Origin: Saccostrea cucullata
Lineage: Eukaryota
DNA length: 64,000 bases
Reading direction: 5' to 3'
Assembly: GCF_032062105.1 (NCBI RefSeq)
Contig: NW_026929376.1
Span: 186,001-250,000, forward strand
The notes under the pieces were generated by a model. The model made no database searches and was not told where the DNA came from. It saw only the letters and a list, made by a program, of their open reading frames with translations. A program made the translations under genes and the position numbers. The first letter of the stretch is position 1. Each line of letters starts with the position of its first letter. Positions 23,616-35,456 of the stretch are shown here, in pieces.

Positions 23616-26443
23616 TTAACACCCATAAACTTCAACACGAAGGCCTGGTTTCCCGCCATTATGCCACGTGAGAGGAACAAACCGGATGAATCTTGCACTG
23701 ATTCTGCTCGGAAGGTGGTGTTTGACAACGGTGTCATAAGTACTGCTCCCAAAGAATTCCTATAAGAAAAAAAAATAGATGGCATGTTTTAATGAGATTT
23801 CTACACATAATCGCTCTTGTTACATTTATAATTTCCTAAATAATTAACATTTATTTTCGCTATAAATAATTTTTTACTCGAGTGATAAGGACCAAATCTC
23901 ACAACTTAGAAACAAGGAGTCAGTAAATTATAATATGCTTTAGCCTAAAACTGTTTCGGAAGATAAAAGTTTAACCTTTTGAGATCCATTACTTCCGATG
24001 ACGTCATGGAAGTTGTTTCCGTCAGTGCTATATTGGATTTTATAGGACAGAGTGTAGTAGGTAGATGAGCGATATCCTTGTGTTGCTATGGAGTAGACCA
24101 CACGCACTTGTCCCAGGTCAACCTAATCATACAAAGATTTAAAGATTAGTGAATTTAATGAAAGGAGCTGTGAAATGATTGATTGATTGTAACTATGTTG
24201 TTTTACGTCCCATTCGAGAATATTTCGCTCATAAAAAGACATCACCATATTCAGGTGAAGGGCTTCAAGTTTTGATCGTTACTCGGCACTTACGGCCATT
24301 GAGCATTAATGAGCAACGAGGGATTTTTTGTGTCAACTTTACGTCTACCCTGACACAGGGCCTCGGTTTTTACACTCTCATCCGAAGAACCCTTGTGAAA
24401 TGATTGAATATAAAAAGTTTTGATACTACTGCCTCGATACAACGTCTCAGACTATGCAGAACATTGGCAGTTAACAATTCCATTCAAATATGTGTGAAAG
24501 TCAATTCTTACGGTACAGCTGTATAAAAACATGTATGAAAGCTCATGACCAAGAAATTTTTTTCAAAAGAAGATCAAACCCAAGGTCTTTGTCATGAGAT
24601 CAAAATGAAATATGAAAGCTATGGCATCAACCGTTCAAAAGATATAGCCAAGGATAAAGTTTTTGTGAACTATCTGACAGATAGACATACCAAAATCTGT
24701 ATACCCTTGAATCTTTGATGTTTATTTTTTAGTACGTGTAATATACAGGTACGTATAATCATGATTTTATAAACCTGTAGCCATGAGTTGGAAGTCTCTC
24801 CTATCCATCCGTCTGAACTGTGTAGTCGACCATTGGAAGCGAAATGGTTGGAGAAAGTGTAGTGTGCTGACATTTGGGCATCAGGAATTGTCTTTTTGGC
24901 GTAGTCTATACCAAATGCATTTGCATCACAGCCTAAGCAAAGAATTTAAAAAAAGGTCAAAAATGCAAACTTGCATGGCTGCAATGGTATCTACTTCACT
25001 ATTTATACTTAAAATCATTTTTGTTACATACGCAGTTCACAGCGTTTGCCACCATAATATGTAGAGCATGCGCATTTGTAATTTCCAAAATCGTCTGAAC
25101 ACGTTCCGCCATTTTGACATGGATTGCTAGTGCATTGATCTCGTTCTGCAAAAATATGACGGTATCCTTATTTGATAAAATCGTTTTAATTAGATATTCT
25201 CTCGCATTGTTGTTTTATTTTTATATAATTGAGAATTAATTAAATAAATGCTCAAAAATAAATTAAATGTTTAATAGTTTGAAACCTCTAATATCGATAG
25301 AAAATGTTCCGTCTGCGTATTTTCCATGGCGATCAGTGGCTCGTATTCCGAACGTGTATGAAGCATCTATATCGGGTGCTGTGCCACTGATGACACCAGT
25401 GGTAGAATTAAGAGAAGTTCCGGGAGGAAGATGGCCAGAAATTACTTTATACTGTATGTTATTGAAATCAGACTAAAACTGTAGGAGGAGTAGCATTTTG
25501 AAAGAATTTCACAGAAATTTCTATTTTTAGTAACCACGGCAACACCGTTCATCGAAATCAAAATCCGACACACAGAATTGTGTATCTTAGTGTAGTCTAC
25601 TTGTGTGCCAAGTTATATTGAAATCAAAATAAAACTGTAGGAGGAGTAGCATTTTGAAAGAATTTCACAGAAATTTCTATTTTTAGTAACCACGGCAACA
25701 CCATTCATCGAAATCAAAATCCGACACACAGAATTGTGTATCTTAGTGTAGTCTACTTGTGTGCCAAGTTATATTGTAATCAGAATAAAACTGTAGGAGG
25801 AGTAGCATTTTGAAAGAATTTCACAGAAATTTCTATTTTTAGTAACCACGGCAACACCATTCATCGAAATCAAAAACCGATATACAGAATTATGTATCTT
25901 AGTGTAGTCTACTTGTGTGCCAAGTTATATTGAAATCAGACTAAAACTGTAGAAGGAGTAGCATTTTGAAAGAATTTTACAGAAATTTCTATTTTTAGTA
26001 ACCACGGCAACACCGTTCATCGAAATCAAAAACCGATACACAGAATTGTGTATCTTAGTGTAGTCTACTTGTTTGCCAAGTTATATTGAAATCAGACTAA
26101 AACTGTAGGAGGAGTAGCATTTTGAAAGAATTTCACAGAAATTTCTATTTTTAGTAACCACGGCAACACCATTCATCGAAATCAAAAACCGATATACAGA
26201 ATTATGTATCTTAGTGTAGTCTACTTGTGTGCCAAGTTATATTGAAATCAGACTAAAACTGTAGAAGGAGTAGCATTTTGAAAGAATTTCACAGAAATTT
26301 CTATTTTTAGGAACCACGGCAACACCATTCATCGAAATCTAAAACCGATACACAGAATTATGTATCTTAGTGTAGTCTACATGTGTTCAAAGTTATATTG
26401 AAATCAGACCAAAATTGTAGGAAGAGTAGCATTTTGAAGAATT

Positions 26444-26476
<33 letters not shown>

Positions 26477-27580
26477 CGGACGGACGACGGACGCATTACT
26501 ATCGCATAAGCTCTTCTGGTCTCTGACCAGTAGAGCTAAAAAAGTAGCGTGTTTTTAATAATTTTTTTTCTACTTAGCATCCTTATTTACATATAAACAA
26601 TCCATTATCAAGCTAAATATTTGAAAATATTTCCTTTTCTTCTCATCATTAATTTTGTCGTCAATGTCGAACAAGTTCACTTTGTTTAATTACCACAGCC
26701 TCCACAGACACAGCTATTTTTGTTCCGGAAGTGAACGCTCCCAGTGATCCATGGACCGATTGTTTCGTCCATATCGGGGGAAGACTTTTAACTTTCTGAA
26801 AATATTTACTTTTTCATGAGGAGGAAATCATAGATCCATGAAAAACTACCAACTGAAATAATTTTTTTTTAAAGTAAAAAGTTAGTACTAAAAAAGTAAC
26901 AAGTTTTTGTACATGTAGCCATGTTATTATCTTATAAAAAACACTATACCTCTATAAATTTTCGGAGATCTGTTCCACCAATGATCACGGTTCCTCCAGA
27001 CCCTGGTTTTAGAATAACATTACCACCCACTCCTGCCTGTCAATAGAGGTATTAGTAATACTTTTAAACAAATACAAGGGAAGTAATTGAATCTTAAGTA
27101 AGGCAATGCCACTTCTAACCTCAAATGTGAGATCTCCCCCGGGCTCTGCCGATACATTTACATTGGGGTAGTCAATCTGGAAGAAGCTGAAAAAACACCA
27201 CAGAGATATAATCAAGAGAATTGGTAGAATTTTTGCGAATGAAAAAAAAGCAAACGTTTTGTTTTCAAATCATATTAATGTTCATAAAAAGCAAAAACAA
27301 AATAAAAACAAAAGTGAAAAATAAACAGCATTAATCTAAATACATGTACAGAGTAGACAAACAAAAATGACAATAGTGCATGAGTGAAAAAAAGAAAACA
27401 AAACAATTTTTTATGAAATGCCTCATGCCACTCATGTAGAACATCTGGCAAAATTAAAAAAAAACATTTTATCCAGTGAGTTCAAACTATCTTAAATGTA
27501 TATGAATATAAATGTTATGTTTACCTTCCATAAGCAATCCCAGGAAGACAAATTATTGAGAATATAAAATACTGAATCAT
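23616..27580 (-). CDS. Paralogue A: secreted SP + cubilin-N-like + He_PIG-like Ig + EGF + F5/8C protein (~346 aa; exon 5 damaged at its 5' end)
   Basis: Exons 27580-27525, 27186-27120, 27036-26950, 26795-26694, 25451-25286 (cryptic acceptor), 25145-25032, 24932-24775, 24122-23976, 23759-23616. Translation MIQYFIFSIICLPGIAYG..SLPPIW..SGHLPPGTSLNSTTGVISG..CTSNPCQNGGTC..IPDAQMSA..WLQVDLG..ARFIRF..LRVEVYGC*. Confidence 0.8.
24175..24400 (-). mobile_element. SINE fragment (same family as 54170-54445)
   Basis: ttttacgtccc..cgagaatatttc.ctcat...ctcggcactta.ggccattgagca...gacacagggcctcggtttt...tctcatccgaag resembles 54177-54348; (TGAT)n tail. Confidence 0.6.
25458..26542 (-). mobile_element. HINE/Helentron element with a tandem array of 156-bp units (~6.3 copies), 3' end deleted
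   Basis: Minus strand starts ttttagctctactggtcagagaccagaagagc (hairpin), then a (GTCT/GTCC)n microsatellite; unit starts at 25464, 25620, 25776, 25932, 26088, 26244, 26400. Confidence 0.9.
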
Positions 27581-27810
27581 AACTTAACTCGCCATCGATG
27601 ATGTGATTAAAATGGGCAACGCATTAGAAAACTACTTCCTTGGCAATGACCAAATCCCTATATTTACAAAATAATTAATCATTCCATTTATTTTATTAAT
27701 TGCCTTAAATGTATTCTCTTTGCCCTGATGATTTTGTTTCTAGAGACCTAAAATTTTGCCTCACGCCTCTTTTTCTTTGGCATGACCTTGAAACATGCAA
27801 TCTCAAGGTT

Positions 27811-29077
27811 ATGAAAATGGCTTCCAGGCTTGTTCCTGTGGTACTTTTCCTAAGTAGCATTTTGTGTGATGATGGGTTTGTAAATTTATTTTATGTAATA
27901 CAGCCGTGTCGGAAGAGACAAACCCATGATGCAAGTATTCCTTTGATTAGAAATTTTGACTAATTTTCTATTTTCTGTAGTGTTTTGGACATAGAATATC
28001 CAAGTCTTTCTATTCATGCACCTGCCGATGGAGACATTATTTTACAGGTAAGTCGTGATAAAAATGTCTCTATCTCAGAAAAAATAACATCTCGAAATAT
28101 ATTTTTAAAGTTAAGTAGAGTCATATGTACGTAATGACGGTTAAAGAAACTGTTTGTTTACAACAAAGAGACTGACAGCAAAGTCTGTCCTCATTGTAAA
28201 AGATCATGTTCTCTCCTTTAACTCTACCTTGAAAATATTTTGCAAGATATTGTAATATTGATTTAAATGAAATCAAATTGGTTTTTTTTTCTAATTTTAG
28301 TAAAAAGCAATGTTTGACTTTGACAGTAGTTCAGTTGTTGTTTCTAAAGTTTTAAAACAATGACTTCTGAAATGTTTATTCTAATAGAAGAATGTTACTG
28401 AAGAAAATACTTCATTATGCTTTATATATTTTCTTTCTAAACTTATTTTTTTCAGTCTGGATACGGTCTAAAAGATGTATACATCAGCCCAGGCCCTAGC
28501 GGCTCCGTTATATTTGAAAATCAAGATATTTTAAAAATCATAGAGGTATCACTGATCCCGCCTGTTAAATACATGTCAAATGTACATTGTTATCCCACAT
28601 AATTTATTAAAATTATATCTATAAATAGCGTATATATATATTTTTTAAATATTTGATAACATCTTTTTAAAAGGTAGCAAAAAGCTTGCCTCCTGTATGG
28701 TCAAAGCATGCACACATGGGTTTCTTTGGAACATTCACTGGTGAGCAACGGATTAACATCAAACTTGATGCAATAGTAAGTTTTCTGCAAACTCCAAGCT
28801 ATTAATTCAAATCACATTTCATATATTTTTCTAGCTGCAGAACTGTAGCTCTCTGCTTGAGAAAATTCGGACACATAAAGCAGAGAGCTACAGATCCTAG
28901 CGTTGTAAAAACCTTCGATTTACGCCGACGATTTTTTGTCGCTACTTTAGGTATTTATTTCGTGTAGTTTAAGCTTTCTCTGGCTTTTAGAAAATGTGTA
29001 TCCTGTAATTATTCATATATTTACGCCTAACTCTTATTTTTTATACTTTATTTACCTTTTAATGGTCCGAAACAGTC

Positions 29078-29113
<36 letters not shown>

Positions 29114-31227
29114 TTTTGTAATGTCTGTTTAAAAGAGTTCCATTTCGACGTCCGTAACCACAAACAGTCATTTGTTAGCGTTGATAGGTAAGTAAATTAT
29201 CAGGAATTTAAAGTTAAATGTATGATTAATTGTAAAATACCATTTTTAAAGCTGGGAAAAGTATAAAATACAAGAAAAAATGCCCGACGTGAGCGACAAA
29301 AAATCGTCGGCGTAAATCGAAGAGTTTTATAATGCTTGGATCTGTAGCTCTTTGCTTTATCTGTCCGAATTTTCTCAAGCAGAGAGCTACAGTTCTGCAG
29401 CTAATATTTTTCTTGAATAAAAAATATTAATCTAACATACAAAGTCACAAAGTATGATTACCCTTCTCATATCTTTAAACTAGGACCCCGAAGGTACAGA
29501 TCTCCATTTCATGATTGTATCTGGTGATCTACCGCAAGGAGTATCCCTAAACAATGTCACAGGTTACATAGAAGGTGTGATTCCGGATGTAGAAGAAATT
29601 TTCAAATTTGGAGTTCGTGCTATTGATGAACATGGAAAATATGCTGACGCAATCTTTAAAATGGAAACTGTTGGTATGGTTTCTTATCATAACTGTAAAA
29701 TTAGGGACAGAAGATATGTTTAAATTGTTTTTTATTGCAATGTAATTTTATTCTTTTCTTAAAAATTTGAAGTGAAGGACCATTGTCAGACAAATCCTTG
29801 CTTGCATGGCGGATCATGTACAGATACCAAAGGTTGGTTCAACTGTACCTGTCGAAGTGGATATGGAGGTCCCAGATGTGAATTTTGTAAGTAAATGTTG
29901 TTCATAAAATCTTGATTTACAATTACGTTTTTCTATAACCTGTAGAAATTATGTTGCACAACAACTTTTTTAAAGGACTATCAGTGGCATACATATATCG
30001 TATGTAACGACACAATGTGTATCAAAACGAGGCCATACAAAACTTGCATGTTTCAATAAAACATGTATTACTCGTATTATACTTAATACATGTATACATG
30101 TTTACATAAATTATTTCACATTTCAGTATTGTATTTCAGATTTTAATGATTTACTTTCTTTGCCCACTACAGCTTGTGCCTCCCAAGCATTGGGAGTAAG
30201 TGACAAAAACAAGATTCCAGATGCTCAAATGTCTGGTTACCTTACGTACAGCTCATACTTGGAATCAAATGGACGATATCGCGCTTCTGGGTATGGATGG
30301 GTGGGATCCAACAGCAACTCATGGTTACAGGTGGATCTAGGTATTCACAGATTTGTAAGGTTTATGACCGAATGCAAATAAAATTTAAGTATGCAGCCAT
30401 ACAAGGCGATAAGACTGCACATCATTCGGTTAAAAAGTAAACAAACTCTCTACTCCTTCTTTAATATATTCAGGTAGAAATACTAATAAAACATACTGGA
30501 TAAAACATAAAAATGAAGAAAAAAATCGTAGCTTTTCAAGCAACTTAAAAGCAATTCTACATGTAATTTAATAATCATATCTATTCAAAAACATGTTTGT
30601 TCTAAATTCCCTTTCCTGGAAAAACACGAATAATGCAATCTGAATAAAATTTGATTTGAATAGAAAAAAATTCTAGCGTAATTTTATTAATTTGTTAAGA
30701 ACAATTTATAAGGCATGTTAGGCAATTTAGTAAACTTGGTATTGAGTTGCTTAATTTATTTTGAAAGGTAACCTGACTAAAGTGTATGCAGTAAGGAATC
30801 AGGGCTACAGTTCCACGTACTATAGTCGTGGGTATACCCTCTCTGTTAGCACAGACGGCACCTCATTCCTGTCCGTAAACAACACTAATGGAGGAATACA
30901 TGTAAGTACTAAGTAGTACCATGTCTAATTCTGCTTATCTGATCCATTTGTTTCTTCATGTATAGCTGAAACCCTTTATTGTAGTACCTGGTGGTATTGA
31001 ATAACAACGACTGTCTAATTTTACTGACACATGCATGAAGTATTTGAAATCTCTCTAAATATCAATGGTGCTTTTTTTTCTTCTTCCAGACCTTCTCTGC
31101 CTCCACAGGAAATTACCAGTACTCACTTCCGGTTCCTGTAGATGCGCGATTTGTTCGATTTCACCCAACTTCATATCACACTAAACCACAATTTAAAGTA
31201 GAACTCTATGGATGTCATTACCAGTGA
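27811..31227 (+). CDS. Paralogue B: secreted SP + cubilin-N-like + He_PIG-like Ig + EGF + F5/8C protein (355 aa)
   Basis: Exons 27811-27875, 27981-28047, 28456-28545, 28674-28775, 29484-29673, 29773-29886, 30173-30340, 30768-30901, 31090-31227; 1068 nt open frame; AATAAA at ~31281. Confidence 0.88.
28832..29403. mobile_element. MITE with ~110-bp TIRs and a 9-bp TSD (Mutator-like), central (TA)n
   Basis: TIR TAGCTGCAGAACTGTAGCTCTCTGCTTGAGAAAATTCGGAC...; TSD ATATTTTTC at 28823-28831 and 29404-29412. Confidence 0.88.
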
Positions 31228-31689
31228 CACAGGAAAGCGAATCATAACGGAAATGATTACATTGTTTCCAATTTCTTTCAAATAAAATGATCTTTTGAAA
31301 GAACTTTTATTTTATTCATTTATTTTTATCCCAGTAATAGTAGTAAATTATATTGGCAAATTTAGTTTGCTTCTTCGAAAATTACGAGTAAGAACTGATT
31401 CAGAAGCATAGTTTGTATTGGATGACATATACATGCACCAATTGAAACTGAAATGGAAATGAAAGCAAATACGATTTAGCAACTATTGATGATTAAAAAA
31501 TCTTTATGGTAAGAAAGCATTATTGAGTGATATTGCATTGCATCATTACAATTAAAAAATAATTTCTACGTGAGCTTAATTTTGGCTTAGTAAGTGGGAC
31601 CATCAACTCGCGTAAATTGCGTTCTGCCAAACAATTAATTGCATCATTAGGGATTTTCAAAAGTTGCAAAGTCAATCACGTTTTACTCC

Positions 31690-32666
31690 TGACGATGTTC
31701 TGAAAACATATCTCACAGGATGAAATATCTGAGGGAGAGTAGATTCGAAATTGTTCAGATCATGACCCTTGGGCTTCGATGTGGCCACAGTAAGGAATCA
31801 AATTTTGAAATTGCATTATATAAGTAAATCTTTTTTCACAATAACCACTGTGCCAAAAATGATGAAATCTTGTGGATGCTTCCTAAAGTAGTTTTGATAA
31901 TAAATCGTTTAAATCGTGCACCTCTCCCCCCCCCCCCCCCCCGCCCCCATCTAGGGAATCAATAGGCGGAGCCGCAACAGGAAATCAAAATTTTACATTT
32001 TGATATACAGGAATTTAAATTATTAAAATGAAAAATCGTCTCAAGAACCACTGGACCGGAAATGGTGAAATATATGTTGAAGCTTCCTTAGGTAGACAAA
32101 AATGCAGATTTTCAATTGTTCGAATCATGGCCCCGGGGACAAGGGTTGGCTCACAAGAGGAAATATTAAAGTATCACATTGAAATATATCTTAAATAAAT
32201 ATAGACAAAAGTGTAGATTCTAAATTGATTAAACAGTGACCCCTTCAAGTTGATACGTTTGGGCCACAATAGTTAATCGAATTGAAATATTTAAAAGTAT
32301 CTCTTTAAAAACCACAGGGCCAGAAGTTGTGAAACTTATGTTGAAGGTTTCAAAGGTATAGTGTATATTCTGAATTAATTAAAGAATGCCCCCCGGGTAT
32401 GGGCTACAATGGGGAATCAAAGTTTTACATTGATATACGGGTATTTAAAGAAAAATCTTAATTATTCTTCTTTTCAAGAACAGATGGGCTAGAAAAAAAA
32501 TAAAACTTATGTGATAACTTCATATGGGAGATTGGATTTATAAATTGATTGGATCATGTTCCCTCGGGAGTAGGTTGAGACCACAATAGGGAATCACAAT
32601 ATGTCGGGGGGGGGGGGGGTTGAAGCCCAAGTGACTCAGGTGAGCGTTGTGGTCCTTGGGCCTCTT
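31690..32666 (+). mobile_element. Degenerate HINE with ~5-6 decayed Cg170-like ~166-bp units
   Basis: Repeated tagattc..aattgtt...atcatg.ccc...ggg.ccacaa..ggga.tcaaa units; terminal actcaggtgagcgttgtggtccttgggcctctt. Confidence 0.7.
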
Positions 32667-32829
32667 TTTATATTAGTTGTCTTAAACATACATGTACATT
32701 AATCAGCTGACCACAATACTTATATCGATTTTATTTTTGATCAAATCAATGTTAACAGTCAGGAAGATATTAATAAAATAATGTACCACAAAAAAAGTTT
32801 ATTGTCTTTTTATTTGCCGTTATTCTTAT

Positions 32830-35040
32830 TCAAACATCACATCCATACAGCTCCACTCTCATTCCTGGCTTACTGTGGAACGTTTTGGGTATAAACTTGA
32901 CAAACCTCGCTTTGAATGGCGTCAGAAACGTGTGTTTTATCACGGAGTTTACGTTACTGCTCCCGCTAAAATCCTAAAGCAGTAAAAAAAGAGTATTATT
33001 TATATCCATTTGACCTTCTTTCAACAATTAAGATTCAAATCTTAAACATTTTTCAATACTGATTAACGACGTATTTATTATTCTTTACTCAAGCATGTCT
33101 TGATGGATAGATATATGGAGGGAATCATATATTTACCATGACCGAGGTTCCGTTTTTGACGTCATAGAACGTGTTTCCGTTCACGCTGTATTTGATCGTG
33201 TACGCCAAGATGTAATAGCTGGAAGATGCGTGGCCTTGGTTTGCCACAGCGTGTAACTCCATTTCTCTTCCAAGGTCCACCTACAAAAAGAATGTCCATG
33301 CTGAGCTATTTCACTGAATATTAACTCGCAGGACAAAAAAAACAACAACATTAAAACAGTTTTAAATTACCTGCAGCCATGAGTTTGTATTTTGTCCCAC
33401 CCATCCTTGTGGAGAGTGAAGTCGACCGTCTACACCGGCGCTATCGTCATAGCAGTAGTGACAGGACATCTGAGCGTCCGGGATTTTCTTCCTGTTCTGG
33501 TCAATTCCAACAGGTGCAGAAGCACAGTCTAAGGGATGATATATATCGTATGCTTAAGAGTGTGACGTTACTGAAATAAGGCGATATTGATGCAATTGTT
33601 ACATGTAGGATAATGAGGAGTAGTTACTTAGTTGACATGTTTTCCCGCCATACGGTTTCACGCATGCACATTCGAAATCTTCAATATCGTCACTGCAAGT
33701 TCCACCATGTAAACATGGTGAGCTTAAACATTGGTCTCTCTCTGAAAGTTATAAAAGAAAGGTGCGGATCATGAAATCCAAGCAAAACTAAAGACCTGCT
33801 CCGTATCAAACTGTTTGAAATAGAAGATTAATAGCTGATTTACGGACTAAAAATTACTTAATTATCATGCAGGACAGAAAAATATATTAAAGACATAGAA
33901 GATGCCAATCATTTTGGTATCAATAAATACTTTGAAACATGGTGTACTGTGGAAAAATAAAATTCAAAACATTTTAATTCATGTTATTATAACCTCTGGT
34001 ATCAATCGAAAATATCTGATCAGCATATTTTCCATGTTTATCTGTAACTCGGATTCCAAATTCGTACGTTGCATCGACATCAGGAATGCGCCCAGTTATT
34101 TCACCAGTAAGTTTGTTCAGATGAACACCAGGTGGCAGTGCGCCAGATACTTTTTCATATGTAACAGCTCCTTTTTCAGGATCCTGTATTATAAGTTAAC
34201 TTTCAAGTTTAAGCAGTTTAGTATAATCAGTATATAAAGAGAAAACACTTGTATGCATGTACTTGCAGATTACACACCTGAGCTGAAACGCTGAGAGACA
34301 CCGTTTTTCCTCCTAGGAAAGTTCCTAGAGTTCCATGCGGGGATTTTTCACTCCAAACAGGCGGAAGGCTATTCACAAGCTAAATGCAATATAAAAAATA
34401 TTGCCAGGTTAAAAAAGGTTAAAATGTTGAATTTGGTAGTATTGTATATGTATCTATTTTGGTGCCGTGACCAGGATCATAAATACCTCAAAGAGTTTAA
34501 GCATATCTGTTTGTCCGATGAAAACTGTCCCATTGCCTTGTGGAATCATTATTATGTCTCCCCCATTTGGACCAGCCTTTTGATAAAAAAAATATTGATC
34601 AACAAAAAGTCGAAAGAAATGCAGAATTGATAATTTTAATTTATTGCCAAGAACTAATGATCTATAAAAGGCTTAGTTTCATCAATTAAAGAAATAAATT
34701 TGTTAGATGAAAAAAGTGTTCACCTTTATAGTAAGGTTTCCACCTTGTTCTGCCGTAAAAAATACATCTGGATAGTGAATATCAAAGAAACTGAAATAAA
34801 TTTTATAATTTAGCTTTAATTTGAAGCAGATGCCTTATATGAAAATGTATCTGTTTTAAATCTAAATTACGCAATTACATATTTTCAAAATGTACATTTA
34901 TGAGTCATGAACGTATTCATTAATTCGATTCTTATTCAAAGAATTCAGAAAGCAAAAATCAAAAACATTTACCTTGCAGCACAACTTTCAAATCTGAAAG
35001 TTAAAATAACAGAAAATGCTACAAAGAATAACTTGGACAT
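32830..35040 (-). CDS. Paralogue C: secreted SP + cubilin-N-like + He_PIG-like Ig + EGF + F5/8C protein (358 aa)
   Basis: Exons 35040-34973, 34790-34724, 34576-34487, 34379-34278, 34183-33994, 33741-33628, 33528-33371, 33280-33137, 32973-32830; 1077 nt open frame MSKLFFVAFSVIL..SLPPVW..DPEKG..SGALPPGVHLN..MRVELYGCDV*. Confidence 0.9.
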
Positions 35041-35456
35041 CTTGGTTTATCCTTCGTCTTCAGGTAATTCCAAATGTGTATCTTCGAGCAAGATATTAAT
35101 CATCTAAACCTCATTAGAAACCAAGGATTGCTACCGTGTTTGGAGTTTTTCTCTAGTACGATTTACAGGTAAACTGTGTTTTTCAACTATTCTTCAAAGG
35201 GTAAGAAAATTAATTTCACTCTTAAATTGATATTTATGAACGATTAATCACTTAAAATTACTATTGGTCTAATTGTAATATTAACAAAAAAATGAAAAAC
35301 TAAATAAATGAAAAATTATTTAATTAAACCAGCATAAAACTAGAAAAAAATATATGAAGAATAATGGTAGTTTGTACATCTCAAAGAATTTACCGACTTA
35401 CTGATTTTTTACTGTCATATGATAGACGTATAATATTTTATTTTAAACAGTGCACC

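Noticed and set aside
25458-26450. Regular 156-bp array (and the 166-bp array at 52.7-54.0 kb) as CRISPR-like
   Set aside because: Whole units repeat with no unique spacers, there are no cas genes, the context is eukaryotic, and the flanks are HINE termini.
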